A stretch of DNA of 64,000 nucleotides from a bacterium. Its GTDB lineage: Bacteria; UBA8248. The notes beneath the pieces are model-generated. The model was given only the letters and a program-made list of their open reading frames with translations, had not been told where the DNA came from and made no database searches. Shown here in pieces: positions 9,184 to 19,440 of this stretch (position 1 is the stretch's first letter; every line of letters starts with the position of its first letter). The position numbers and the translations under genes were made by a program. The stretch covers positions 1,376,001 through 1,440,000 of the forward strand of contig OZ241326.1 of the NCBI GenBank assembly GCA_965199855.1, in the 5' to 3' direction.

Positions 9184-10314
9184 ATGGCGGACAAGAAGGA
9201 GCTGGGGCTGGCCATCGTCGGCTGCGGGGTCGTGGGGCGCATCCGGGGCGCGCTGGCCAGGGATTTTCCCGGAATCGGCTGGATCGGCCTCTCCGACATG
9301 AACGAGAAGGTCGGCGAGAAGCTCAGGACGGACATCGGGGCGGATTACTTCACGACCGACTTTCGGGAACTCCTCGCGCGTCCCGAGGCGGACGCGGCGA
9401 TCATCGCCACCTCGACCTGGGCGCACGCCGAACCCACCCTCGCCGCGGCGGAGCGCGGCCTGCCCATGCTGATCGAAAAGCCGCTCGCCACGGACGCGCG
9501 CGAGTCCGCCGCCGCGCTCGCCGCGATAGAATCGGCCGGCGCGGACGCCGTCGTCGGCTACACCCAGCGCTTTCGCCGGCGCTTTCTGGCCGTCAAGGAG
9601 CGCGTCGAGAGCGGGCAGATCGGCGATGTCACGGCGGCCGTCACGCGCGCCTTCATGAACCGCATGGCGCCGAGCGGAGAAGTCCGCCTCTCGCGGGATC
9701 GCCGCTTTCTGACGCCCATGGTCGTCTCCGGCACCCACAGCCTCGACATGTGCCTGTGGCTCATGGGCGGCGCCGAGCCCGTCTCCATTTTCGCGCGCTC
9801 GACGGAGGGGATACTGAGCGGCCTCGGCACCAAGGACGCCACCTTCGGCGTGTTCACGATGGCGAACGGCGCCATCTGGAGCATGAACATCTGCTGGGCG
9901 CTTCCCAAGGAATGGCCCGGCGCGGTGTATGGACTCGAAATCGGAATCGTGGGCACGAGGGGGGTGGTGGACATCGAGGACACGCACCGCGACGTGGTGA
10001 TGGCCTCGGAATTTTCGCAGGGACCCGCCTACCAGCCCGAGGATTTCGACCTGGAGGCGCGGCGCAACGTCGATTTTCTCACCAGCTTCCCGCCGGGCGA
10101 CACGTATGGCGGAGAGCTCTGGGGCCCGATGCGCGAGGAGACGAACTCCTGGTTTCAGCGGATTTACTCGGGCAAGCGCACCCCCCACGCGACCGCCGCC
10201 GACGGGCATCGCAACCTCATGCTGACCATGGCGATGGACCTCTCGGCCAAGCGGGGCGCCGAGCTGAAGCTCCCCATCGAGCCGGCGGAGCTCATGGCCG
10301 GCCTCGAAGCGTAG
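9184..10314 (+). CDS. Gfo/Idh/MocA family oxidoreductase
   Basis: IVGCGVVG Rossmann motif, LIEKPLA, VGYTQRF, GTHSLD. Confidence 0.88.
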   Translation: MADKKELGLAIVGCGVVGRIRGALARDFPGIGWIGLSDMNEKVGEKLRTDIGADYFTTDFRELLARPEADAAIIATSTWAHAEPTLAAAERGLPMLIEKPLATDARESAAALAAIESAGADAVVGYTQRFRRRFLAVKERVESGQIGDVTAAVTRAFMNRMAPSGEVRLSRDRRFLTPMVVSGTHSLDMCLWLMGGAEPVSIFARSTEGILSGLGTKDATFGVFTMANGAIWSMNICWALPKEWPGAVYGLEIGIVGTRGVVDIEDTHRDVVMASEFSQGPAYQPEDFDLEARRNVDFLTSFPPGDTYGGELWGPMREETNSWFQRIYSGKRTPHATAADGHRNLMLTMAMDLSAKRGAELKLPIEPAELMAGLEA

Positions 10315-10374
10315 GAGCTCTTCTCTTTCTCGCCGGGCGGCGGGCGCGCGGGATTTTGGGGAAAAGACGAGGAC

Positions 10375-11532
10375 ATGGCGGCGCGCGAGCTGGGAATCAT
10401 TCTGCACGGAGCGACGGGCGGCGTCTGCTCCACGCAGCATCTGGGAAACGCGCTCGCGCCCATCATCGGCGAGGGCGGTCTGGACCTGGGCGGCGAGAAA
10501 ATCCTGCCGAGGCTCCTGCTCGTCGGCAGAAGCGAGCGGCGGCTGGCGAAACTGGCGGAGCGAAACGGCGGCCTCGCGTGGACGACCCGCCTTGATGAGG
10601 CGCTCGACGACGCGGCGTATCCCGTCTTCTTCGACGCGGCGGCCACGCATTCGAGGCTGGAGACGCTGAGGCGCGCCATCGCCGCCTCGAAGCATATTTA
10701 CGCCGAAAAGCCGGTGGCGCCCACCGTCCGGGACGGGATGGAGCTTCTGCGCGCGGCGCGCGCCGGGGGCCTCAAGCACGGCGCCGTGGAGGACAAGATC
10801 TTCCTGCCGGGTCTCCTGAAGCTTCGCCGGGTCGTGGAGAGCGGCTTTCTGGGGCGCGTCATCGGCTTTCAGATTCAGTTCGGGTGGTGGGTCTTCGACG
10901 GAATCGAGGCGGAATCCCAGCGCCCGAGCTGGAACTACCGAAAGGCGGGCGGCGGGGGACTCATCTCGGACATGCACCCGCACTGGCGCTACGTCGTCGA
11001 GGGGATTCTGGGGCCGATCGCGCGCGTGGCCGCCCTCTCGTGGACGGGACAGCCCGAGCGCGCCGATGAGGCGGGGAGGCGATTCGACGCGGACGTGGAG
11101 GACAGCGCGCATACGCTCCTGGAGCTCGAAAGCGGGGCGCGGGGCGCGATTTCGAGCTCCTGGGCGACCCGGGTGCGGCGCGACGACCTGCTCACCTTCC
11201 AGGTGGACGGAACCGGCGGGACGGCCGTCGCCGGTCTGAGGCGCTGCTGGAAGCAGGCGGCGCGCGATACGCCGGCGGTGCGCGGCTTTCTCATGGGCCG
11301 CGGCGCGGACGCCATGGACGTTTCGGTGGACTACCGGGAGGGATGGGAGGAGGAGCCCGACTTCGCCCCCTACAAGAATCCCTATCGCTTCGCCTGGGAG
11401 CGCTTTATCCGCCACGTAGCGGGGGATGAGCCTTTGGACGCCGATCTGTCCGCCGGAATCCGCGACGTCCGGCTGGCCGAGGCCTGTCTGCGCAGCGCGC
11501 GCGAGGGCGGCTGGGTGAGCATGACGCCGTGA
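10375..11532 (+). CDS. Gfo/Idh/MocA family oxidoreductase
   Basis: HIYAEKP, QRPSWNYRK..GGGLISDMHPHWRY, SSWATRVRRDDL. Confidence 0.88.
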   Translation: MAARELGIILHGATGGVCSTQHLGNALAPIIGEGGLDLGGEKILPRLLLVGRSERRLAKLAERNGGLAWTTRLDEALDDAAYPVFFDAAATHSRLETLRRAIAASKHIYAEKPVAPTVRDGMELLRAARAGGLKHGAVEDKIFLPGLLKLRRVVESGFLGRVIGFQIQFGWWVFDGIEAESQRPSWNYRKAGGGGLISDMHPHWRYVVEGILGPIARVAALSWTGQPERADEAGRRFDADVEDSAHTLLELESGARGAISSSWATRVRRDDLLTFQVDGTGGTAVAGLRRCWKQAARDTPAVRGFLMGRGADAMDVSVDYREGWEEEPDFAPYKNPYRFAWERFIRHVAGDEPLDADLSAGIRDVRLAEACLRSAREGGWVSMTP

Positions 11533-11562
11533 CGGCGCGCGGCGGCGGCTGAAAGGCGCGCT

Positions 11563-12078
11563 TCATCCGCCGGATGGCGGCGGCTTCGGACTTCCGGCGC
11601 CCCGCCCCGCCCGCTTGCCCGGAGCTTCGGGTTCGCGCAGTTGAACGTGGCCCTGCGCGAGAACGATGGCGGCGGCGTTGGCGAGGTTGTAGGAGCGAAT
11701 CGGCCCCGGCATGGGCACGTAGATGCGGCGCTCCGGCCAGCGTTCGTGCCATTCCCGGGGCAGGCCGGTGTTCTCGTTTCCCAGCAGCAGCACGTCGCCC
11801 TCGCGGTATGCGGCCTTGTCGAAGCGCGAGCCTCCGAACTTCGTGACCAGCCAGGGTTCTCTCTCCCCCAGCCATTCCAGGAAGAGACGCTCGTTTTCGT
11901 GGATGGTGAGCGTCAGATGCGGCCAGTAGTCGAGCCCCGCCCTTTTCAGGGCGGCGTCCGATATTTTGAATTTCGTGGGTTCGATGATGTGGAGGTGCGC
12001 CTCCATTCCGACGCACAGCCGGCCGATGTTTCCGGTGTTTTGCGGGATCGCCGGATGATACAGGGCAACGTGGAGCAT
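11563..12078 (-). CDS. trmL: tRNA (cytidine/uridine-34 2'-O)-methyltransferase (SPOUT)
   Basis: PAIPQNTGNIGRLC, LKRAGLDYW, LLGNENTGLP, RSYNLANA. Confidence 0.92.
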   Translation of the reverse strand: MLHVALYHPAIPQNTGNIGRLCVGMEAHLHIIEPTKFKISDAALKRAGLDYWPHLTLTIHENERLFLEWLGEREPWLVTKFGGSRFDKAAYREGDVLLLGNENTGLPREWHERWPERRIYVPMPGPIRSYNLANAAAIVLAQGHVQLREPEAPGKRAGRGAGSPKPPPSGG

Positions 12079-12114
12079 CGGGTCTGACCGAGGGCGGATG
12101 GACGGGGACGGGCG

Positions 12115-13446
12115 TCAGGACGAGGCGGCGCCGCGAACGCTCGTCTTGTCTATCGCGTCGGCGAGAATGTCCATCGCCTCGTCCATCTGGCCTTCCGTCG
12201 TCGTGGCCGGGGGCACGAAGCGAAGGACGCTTCCCTCGCGCCGCTGGCTGAAGATGAGGCCGTTTTCCAGGCATCTGCGGTTGATCTCGCGTCCCTGGGC
12301 CGCGGCCGGCTTCTTCGCGCGCCTGTCCTCCACCAGTTCGATCCCCTGAAGGAGCCCGCGGCCCCGGACGTCTCCCACCATTTCATACTGCTCGCCCAGC
12401 CGGTCGAGGCGATCTCTCAGGTGAGCGCCGATTTTCCTCGCCCTGGCGGGCACGTCTTCCCGCTCGATGACGTCCAGGCTCGCCACCCCCGCGGCGCAGG
12501 CGAGCGGGTCGTTGGTGTGCGAGTGGGTGACGACGAACTCCGAGGACGCCACCCTGTCCTCGACCTTGGCGCTCGTCGAGACGGAGCTGATGCTCACGCC
12601 TCCGCCGAAATGCTTGGCGAGCGTGACGACGTCGGGCGTCACCTCGTCCTTCTCGAAGCCGAACATGGCTCCCAGCTTGCCGAGTCCCGTCTGCTCGTCG
12701 TCCACGATGAGGAGCATCTCGCGCGCCTCGCAGCCCTCCTTGAGCTTCCTGAGCCATCCGGGCGGCGGCTCCACCACTCCGCCCGCGCTGAACAGCGGCT
12801 CGGTGATGACGGCCGCGGGCCTGCTCGTCGTCTGGGCGTCGATGAGCTCGAAGCTCGTGTCCAGGCAGGCGATTTCGCAGTCGGGGAATTTCTGGCTCAG
12901 GGGGCAGCGGTAGCAGTAGGGCGCGACCATGGCCAGGCTCCCGGGCGCGAGCGGCCCGTGTCCGCTGTGCCAGCCGGCGAAGGTGAGAGAGCGCGCCGTA
13001 TCGGAGAGGCCGTGAAAGCTGATGTGGGGGCTCGCCACCTCGAAGCCGCCCGTGAATTTCCGGGCGATCGTCACCGCCGCTTCGTTGGCGTCCGCGCCGG
13101 AGCCGAGAAAGAGGCTTTTCTCGAGCGGGGGCGGCAGCAGTTCGCCCAGACGCTCGGCGAGGGCGATCTCCTGGTCGTTGAAGAAGCTGCTGTGCGCGTG
13201 AATGAGGGCGTCGCAGCTTTTCCTGATGGCGGCGGTGATGGTGGGGTGGTTGTGTCCGAGCGCCGAGCACATCTGCCCCGAGTTGAAGTCGATGTATCGC
13301 TTGCCGTTCACGTCCTCGACGGTGGAGCCTTCGCCGCGCGCGAAGACGGGCCCCGAGAAGACCGATTTGTCCACCCGGCCGCGAAAGCTGTATTTCCTTG
13401 CGGAGTCGAGCAGGTCTTTTTCGCTTCGCATGGCCGTAGCCTCCAT
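12115..13446 (-). CDS. Class III PLP aminotransferase, 2,2-dialkylglycine decarboxylase-like
   Basis: DFNSGQMCSALGHNHP, ITEPLFSAGG, LIVDDEQTGLG, TLAKHFGGG, GDVRGRGLL. Confidence 0.85.
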   Translation of the reverse strand: MEATAMRSEKDLLDSARKYSFRGRVDKSVFSGPVFARGEGSTVEDVNGKRYIDFNSGQMCSALGHNHPTITAAIRKSCDALIHAHSSFFNDQEIALAERLGELLPPPLEKSLFLGSGADANEAAVTIARKFTGGFEVASPHISFHGLSDTARSLTFAGWHSGHGPLAPGSLAMVAPYCYRCPLSQKFPDCEIACLDTSFELIDAQTTSRPAAVITEPLFSAGGVVEPPPGWLRKLKEGCEAREMLLIVDDEQTGLGKLGAMFGFEKDEVTPDVVTLAKHFGGGVSISSVSTSAKVEDRVASSEFVVTHSHTNDPLACAAGVASLDVIEREDVPARARKIGAHLRDRLDRLGEQYEMVGDVRGRGLLQGIELVEDRRAKKPAAAQGREINRRCLENGLIFSQRREGSVLRFVPPATTTEGQMDEAMDILADAIDKTSVRGAASS

Positions 13447-13688
13447 GGAGAGCAGGGGGAGGCGCTCGCGCGAACGCCGCTTTTTCGCCGGGGCCGCGCG
13501 CCCTGAAGCGCGCTTCGCGCGCGGCGCGTCCTTCAGCCCTGCCGCGTTCGGGTGAGCAATCCCCCGCTGATATATGCTTTAATGCTACCGCATATTGGAG
13601 GCTTCGGGTATGCCCTTTCATCGGGCGGCGGTTCGTGAAGCCGCCTGTTGCGGGCGTCGTGCGGGATGGCCGCCGGGGGTGATTTCGG

Positions 13689-15239
13689 ATGAACATGGCG
13701 GAGTTTCTGGCCCGGGCGGCCGGCGCCTGCGGAGAGCGGCCGGCCATATCCGCAGGCGAGAGGGTTCATTGCGCGTATGGGGAGCTCTTCGAGAGGGCGG
13801 CTTCCATGGCGGGGCGTCTGCGCGGCGAATTCGGCCTGGAGCCCGGCGATCGCGTGGCTCTCGTCATGAGGAATTGCCCGGCGTTTCTGGAGGTTCTCTA
13901 CGCCGTATGGCACGCGGGCTGCTGCGCGCTGCCCGTCAACGCGAAGCTTCATCCCCGGGAGATGGCCTTCATCCTGGAGAACGCGGGCGCGCGCTGCTGC
14001 TTCGCCACCCCCGACCTCATCGGGACGGTGGAGCCGCTGCTCGATGAAGTCGAAGCCCTGGAGCGCGTGATAGAGGCCGGCGCTTCCGATTATCTGGCCA
14101 TGCAGGCTGGGGAGGCGGCTCCCGTGGAACCCCGGGCGCCGGACGATCTGGCCTGGCTTTTCTATACGAGCGGCACGACGGGCAGGCCCAAGGGCGCCAT
14201 GCTCACGCACCGGAACCTGCACAGCATGAGCCTGGCCTATTTCGCCGACGTCGACGCGGTCTCGGAGAGCAGCTGCATCCTGCACGCCGCTCCCATGTCC
14301 CACGGCTCGGGCCTCTACGCCGTCCCCCACGTGATCAGGGCCGCGAACAACGTGGTTCCCGACAGCGGGGGCTTCGAGCCCGAGGAGATTTTTCGGCTCA
14401 TCAAGGCCGCCTGGCCGGGCGTCGCCATGTTCGCGGCGCCCACCATGGTGACGCGCCTGATCCGGAGCGAGGCGATGCGGGACGCGGATACGAGGAACCT
14501 CAGGACCATCATCTACGGCGGAGGCCCGATGTATGTGGAGGACCTCAAGAAGGCCATGGCCCGCCTCGGGAACAAGCTCGTCCAGGTGTATGGGCAGGGG
14601 GAGAGCCCCATGACCATCACCGTTCTCTCCAGGGAGCGCCATGCGGACGCGAACCACCCGCGCTATGAGGAGCGGCTCGCGTCCGTCGGCGTCCCGCACG
14701 CCGTGGTCGAGGCGCGCGTGGCCGATGAAGAGGACAATCCCCTGCCGCCCGGGGAGGTCGGCGAGGTGCTGGTGCGCGGCGACGTCGTGATGAAGGGCTA
14801 TTGGGACAACGCCGAGGCCACGGCGCGCGCGCTCAGGGGCGGATGGCTTCACACGGGCGACGTGGGGACGATGGATGAGGACGGCTTCCTCACCCTCAAG
14901 GATCGCTCCAAGGATCTCATCATCAGCGGCGGCAGCAACGTCTATCCCCGCGAGGTGGAGGAGGCGCTTCTGCGCCACGAGGGCGTTCTGGAGGTCTCCG
15001 TCATCGGGCGGCCCCACCCGGACTGGGGCGAGGAGGTCGTCGCCTTCGTCGCGCTCAAGAGCGGGAAAAGCGCGGGCGAGGAGGAACTCGACAGCCTGTG
15101 TCTCGAGCGCATCGCGCGCTTCAAGCGTCCCCGCGCCTATCGCTTCGTGGAGAGCCTTCCCAAGAACAATTACGGCAAGGTGCTGAAAACGGCGCTTCGG
15201 GAGATGCTGGAGCGCGAGTCCGGCGAGGATGATGGGTGA
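13689..15239 (+). CDS. AMP-dependent acyl-CoA synthetase
   Basis: FYTSGTTGRPKG, YGQGE, GWLHTGD, DRSKDLIISGG, PKNNYGKVLK. Confidence 0.92.
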   Translation: MNMAEFLARAAGACGERPAISAGERVHCAYGELFERAASMAGRLRGEFGLEPGDRVALVMRNCPAFLEVLYAVWHAGCCALPVNAKLHPREMAFILENAGARCCFATPDLIGTVEPLLDEVEALERVIEAGASDYLAMQAGEAAPVEPRAPDDLAWLFYTSGTTGRPKGAMLTHRNLHSMSLAYFADVDAVSESSCILHAAPMSHGSGLYAVPHVIRAANNVVPDSGGFEPEEIFRLIKAAWPGVAMFAAPTMVTRLIRSEAMRDADTRNLRTIIYGGGPMYVEDLKKAMARLGNKLVQVYGQGESPMTITVLSRERHADANHPRYEERLASVGVPHAVVEARVADEEDNPLPPGEVGEVLVRGDVVMKGYWDNAEATARALRGGWLHTGDVGTMDEDGFLTLKDRSKDLIISGGSNVYPREVEEALLRHEGVLEVSVIGRPHPDWGEEVVAFVALKSGKSAGEEELDSLCLERIARFKRPRAYRFVESLPKNNYGKVLKTALREMLERESGEDDG

Positions 15240-15401
15240 CGGGCGCCGTCCGCTATCCGGCGGTTTCCGCCGCGCCCGCCGCCTGCGCGGTAGAGGAGGT
15301 CGAAGCCGACCCCGTCGCCTTGAAGGCGCACCGGGGAATTTATGCGAATTTCGTGAACCTGCTGGATGTGCGCGCCGTCGGCGCGCTGACGGGAAAATGG
15401 C

Positions 15402-16739
15402 ATGATGGAAGAGGGCAATCCAGCCCGGATGGGCGCCCTTCGCGCGGCGGAGGCGATGCGCGAAGGCGAATTGACGTCGGAGGAGCTCGTCAAGGCGTGC
15501 CTGGAGCGCATCCGGGCGCGTGAGGAGCGGGTCGGCGCCTGGGCGCACCTGGATGAGGAATTCGCCCTGACGCAGGCGAGAGAAGCCGACCTCGCCAGAC
15601 GGGAGGGAGGCGCCCTCGGCCCGCTTCACGGCGTCCCCGTCGGCGTCAAGGACATCATCGACACGTCCGACCTGCCCACGGAATACGGCACGCCGCTTCA
15701 CGCGGGCCGCCGGCCCGCCGAGGACGCCGCGGTCGTCTCCCTGCTCAAGAGCGCCGGCGCCGTCATCATGGGCAAGACCGTGACGACGGAGTTCGCCGTC
15801 TATTCCCCCGGCAAGACGGCGAACCCCCGCGATCCGAAGCGCACGCCCGGCGGGTCGTCGAGCGGCTCGGCCGCCGCCGTCGCCTCCCGCATGGTCCCCG
15901 CGGCGATCGGCACCCAGACCAACGGCTCCGTCATCCGGCCCGCCTCCTTTTGCGGCGTCCATGGGTTCAAGCCCACCTTCGGGAGGATTTCGCGGCGCGG
16001 CGTCCTTCCGCAGTCGAGGCCGCTCGATCACGTGGGCCTCTTCGGACGCTCGGTCGAGGACGTCGCCTTTCTCGCGGATCAGTTGATGGTCTTCGACGAG
16101 CGCGATCCCGACATGCGGCGTCGCGCGGCGCCGAAGCTGCTGGACGCCGCCCTCTCGGAGCCTCCGGTGACCCCGCGTCTGGCGTTCGTGAAAACGCCCG
16201 TCTGGGATCAGGCCGAGGCGGACGCGCGGGCGGCTTTCGAGGAGCTGGCGGCGCGTCTGGGCGAGGAGGCGGAGGAGATCGATCTGCCCGATCCCTTCAG
16301 GAGCGCGATCGACTGGCACCGAACCATCCTGGAGGCGGACCTCGCGCGCGAGTTCGGGGCGGACTGCGAGCGGGGCGGGGAGAAGATGAGCGGCGTCCTG
16401 CGCGAGATGATCGAGCGCGGCGGGAAATGCCTCGCGGTGGACTACAACCGGGCGGTCGAGGGGGCATCCGCGCTGAACGGCCTGCTGGAGGAGGTGTTTC
16501 ACCGGTGCGACGCCGTCCTCACGCCGGCCGCCCCCGGCGAGGCGCCCGTCGGGCTCGGCTCGACGGGGAATCCGGTTTTCTGCACCATCTGGACGCTGTG
16601 CGGAACGCCGGCGGTGACGCTTCCCTTGATGGAGGGGAGCGGCGGAATGCCCATCGGGGTTCAGCTCGTCGGGCCCAAGGGAGACGACGCCAGGCTTCTG
16701 CGGACGGCGAAATGGCTGGAGTCCCGGGTCGGGGAGTGA
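15402..16739 (+). CDS. Amidase signature family enzyme
   Basis: GVPVGVKDII, TPGGSSSGSAAAVA, GTQTNGSVIRPASFCG. Confidence 0.92.
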   Translation: MMEEGNPARMGALRAAEAMREGELTSEELVKACLERIRAREERVGAWAHLDEEFALTQAREADLARREGGALGPLHGVPVGVKDIIDTSDLPTEYGTPLHAGRRPAEDAAVVSLLKSAGAVIMGKTVTTEFAVYSPGKTANPRDPKRTPGGSSSGSAAAVASRMVPAAIGTQTNGSVIRPASFCGVHGFKPTFGRISRRGVLPQSRPLDHVGLFGRSVEDVAFLADQLMVFDERDPDMRRRAAPKLLDAALSEPPVTPRLAFVKTPVWDQAEADARAAFEELAARLGEEAEEIDLPDPFRSAIDWHRTILEADLAREFGADCERGGEKMSGVLREMIERGGKCLAVDYNRAVEGASALNGLLEEVFHRCDAVLTPAAPGEAPVGLGSTGNPVFCTIWTLCGTPAVTLPLMEGSGGMPIGVQLVGPKGDDARLLRTAKWLESRVGE

Positions 16740-16852
16740 TTTGACGGACGGCTCCGGACAACGGGATTCAGCGTGGTTTTCACGCGCGCTTCGGACGCGG
16801 GAGCTTCAGGCCGCCGCGCCATGCGGCGGAATGCGGGGGGGAGGCTGCAGTC

Positions 16853-17023
16853 ATGGAAAATATCGCCGCCGGCCTGATCGCCGCGTCTTTGGTCGTTCTC
16901 TTTCTGTGCTTCTACGCGGTCAAGATAGCGTCCGTTCCCCTCCGGATCATCATCGGCGGCGTGATCGTCATGATCCTGTTCGATTTCAGGGATTCCCTGT
17001 CCGATCCCCAAAACGGGGAGTGA
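16853..17023 (+). CDS. Small (56 aa) two-TM membrane protein, absent from the ORF track
   Basis: GGAGG RBS, ATG 16853; MENIAAGLIAASLVVLFLCFYAVKIASVPLRIIIGGVIVMILFDFRDSLSDPQNGE; host-like codon usage. Confidence 0.65.
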   Translation: MENIAAGLIAASLVVLFLCFYAVKIASVPLRIIIGGVIVMILFDFRDSLSDPQNGE

Positions 17024-17030
17024 TGCCAAG

Positions 17031-18008
17031 ATGCCACTCTCTTCCTCTCCTCTGTTTGATGCCTACCTGATGGTCGATTGGAGCGCCTCGGCGAAACCTA
17101 AAACCGGGAAAGATTCCATCTGGTTCGCTCTCGCTGAATGGAGAGCCGCCGGGCTTTGGCTGAGCAAGCTGGAAAATCCTCCAACGCGCTGGCGTGCGCG
17201 TGATATGTTGGCCTGTTTGCTGGCCGATTTGTTGGCGAAAGGCAAGCGCGTGCTGGTGGGGTTCGACTTCCCCTTCGGCTACCCACATGGCACGGCCAGG
17301 GCTCTGGGGCTGGCAGGTATGCCATGGCGCGCGGCTTGGGAAACATTGTCCGGTTGGGTGAGCGATGATGAGAAGAATCGAAACAACCGGTTTGAGGTAG
17401 CTGGTCGATTGAATCAGAAGATTGGCTACCGGGAAGGACCATTCTGGGGGCATCCTCCGCAGCATAAAGACTGCTATACCTGTTTGAAGCCCACTCGGCC
17501 CGCCTATGATTTCGGCCTCGCCGAAAAGCGGATTTGCGAACGTTTCATTACAGGCCCTCAGCCGGTTTGGAAATTGAACGGCGCGGGATCAGTCGGTGGA
17601 CAAACCCTGACCGGCCTGCCGGTTGTCCACGCCCTGCGGAAAGATTCTCGTTTGAGAAGGCGCTCCCGCATCTGGCCTTTCGAGACGGGTCTCAAGACGC
17701 TTGATATGGATGATTTGAAACACCAGCCTGTTGTGTTTGCGGAAATCTACCCCTCGCTGGTGATTCCATGCTCATCGTCAGGGCAAGTGAAAGACGCGCT
17801 ACAAGTTCAGGCGATAGCTGCATATATGGCGGAGTTTGATAAACGAGGACGATTGAAGGAGCTGTTTGCGGGCGCGCTAGATTTGAAGCCGAATGAGCGG
17901 CGGAGCGTGGAACGTGAGGAGGCGTGGATACTGGGCGTTTCTGGCCCAAGGTCGAGATCGGGCGCCGCCGAGGTGGATGTCGCCAGCGCTTTCGCCGGCG
18001 TGGATTGA
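17031..18008 (+). CDS. DUF429-like predicted RNase H-fold nuclease
   Basis: VDWSA, LVGFDFPFGYP, GSVGGQ, IWPFETG, AEIYPS, EEAWILG; AT-richer than flanks. Confidence 0.6.
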   Translation: MPLSSSPLFDAYLMVDWSASAKPKTGKDSIWFALAEWRAAGLWLSKLENPPTRWRARDMLACLLADLLAKGKRVLVGFDFPFGYPHGTARALGLAGMPWRAAWETLSGWVSDDEKNRNNRFEVAGRLNQKIGYREGPFWGHPPQHKDCYTCLKPTRPAYDFGLAEKRICERFITGPQPVWKLNGAGSVGGQTLTGLPVVHALRKDSRLRRRSRIWPFETGLKTLDMDDLKHQPVVFAEIYPSLVIPCSSSGQVKDALQVQAIAAYMAEFDKRGRLKELFAGALDLKPNERRSVEREEAWILGVSGPRSRSGAAEVDVASAFAGVD

Positions 18009-18046
18009 ACCGGCCGATCGAAGCGCCCCGGATCCCCGGATAAAAT

Positions 18047-19438
18047 CTATTCGACGATTTCCGGCTCGTCCTCGCCCGTCCAGGCGATGGCCGTCATCGA
18101 GACCTCGGCGTCGGCGACGGGCGAGGGCTCGGGTATCTGGATGGCGGTGAAAGCGGGCCTTCGCCCCGGAAAGTATTTTTTGAACAAGGGTTCGAGCGCG
18201 GGGAGGTGGGCGATGCTCCTGAGGAGCAGGGTCAGGTGCGCCACGCGGCCCATTCCGGCGCCGGCGGCCTTCATCGCGCCCTCCATCCGCTCCAGAATCC
18301 TCGCTCCCTGAAAGAGCGCGCCGCTCGCGGCCGGGGAGGATTCCTTCGGCAGCTTCCTCCGAAGCGCCGCCCCCAGTTCGCTTTTCCGGCGAATCGGCTC
18401 GCCGTCCCCGTTCAGTCCGACCAGACCGGAGAGGAACAGAAGGCCGCCCGCTCCGACGCCCAGGCTCATCCGCGCGCCCGGGGCGCCGTCCCCCTGAATC
18501 GCCTCGCGCTTCGCCTTCGCGCCGTTCATCAGCGCCGTCGGCTCGATCTCGATCTTCTCCCCCTTGTGGCCGACCTCGGCCACCTGCATCACCGTGAGCG
18601 CGGGCGGGTCTTCGGGAAAGAACCGCTCGTGGACGCGGTGGAAGGTGGGGAAGTCGCGCATGTCCTGAAGATAGACGGTGAGGTTCAGGACGTTTTCGAG
18701 GCGGGAGCCCGAACCCTCCAGGTGCTTGCGAATCAGATCATAGACGAACCACGTTTGCGCGGCGATGGGGCCGTTTCTGCTGTCCTCGTGGCTTTGGCCG
18801 ACGGAGAGGAAGCGGCCTTCCTCGGGAACGTCGGGATAGCTGCGGATGAGGGGAGCGCCGGGCTTCGAGGTGTCCGTCGGAATCTGGCCGGCGACGAAAA
18901 GGTAGGGCCCCGCCCCCACTACGTGCGAGAAGTGCGCGGCGGCGGAGTGCGCCTTCGATCCTTCGTGAACCATTCTTCGCCCGAGAGCCTTCGCCGCCCC
19001 GGGACGCAGGGCGATGCCGTCGATGTTGAAGCGGACGCTTCGCTTCGGGTCGAACGCGCCCATGCCCACGGCGGTGCTCGGCGTGGGGGCTTCGGGTTCG
19101 TAGTGGCGCCGGATGCCGTCGAACACCGGAAAAAAGCGCTTGTCGAGCTGATACAGGTGGAGTCTGAGCAGATGTCCGAGCCCCCCGTCGAGCGCTTCGA
19201 GGGTTTTCCGCGCGCTCTCGTAGGCGGCGATGGCCTGGGCGCCGACGGGCGCCTCGATTCTATCGACCCAGGGGTAGTTTCGGGCGCGCTCCGGCCCTTT
19301 GTCGCCGACCTCGGCATACGAGGAGCAGACCTTTCGTGTCCCGGGGCGCATCCCCATCTGACCGCTGAAGAACAGGAACGGCCCCGCCGAGACGCACCGG
19401 GGCCACCTCGCGTGCGCCGCGAAGAATTTTCCGGACAC
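18047..19438 (-). CDS. Three-domain Rid (YjgF/YER057c/UK114) family protein
   Basis: Three tandem Rid repeats: FLFFSGQ, YLFVAGQ, LLFLSGL, each followed by helix/strand pattern and P-x-x-T segment. Confidence 0.8.
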   Translation of the reverse strand: MSGKFFAAHARWPRCVSAGPFLFFSGQMGMRPGTRKVCSSYAEVGDKGPERARNYPWVDRIEAPVGAQAIAAYESARKTLEALDGGLGHLLRLHLYQLDKRFFPVFDGIRRHYEPEAPTPSTAVGMGAFDPKRSVRFNIDGIALRPGAAKALGRRMVHEGSKAHSAAAHFSHVVGAGPYLFVAGQIPTDTSKPGAPLIRSYPDVPEEGRFLSVGQSHEDSRNGPIAAQTWFVYDLIRKHLEGSGSRLENVLNLTVYLQDMRDFPTFHRVHERFFPEDPPALTVMQVAEVGHKGEKIEIEPTALMNGAKAKREAIQGDGAPGARMSLGVGAGGLLFLSGLVGLNGDGEPIRRKSELGAALRRKLPKESSPAASGALFQGARILERMEGAMKAAGAGMGRVAHLTLLLRSIAHLPALEPLFKKYFPGRRPAFTAIQIPEPSPVADAEVSMTAIAWTGEDEPEIVE

Positions 19439-19440
19439 GT

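Noticed and set aside
15236-15523. 95-aa ORF between the acyl-CoA synthetase and the amidase
   Set aside because: No recognisable motif, and it overlaps the amidase start in another frame
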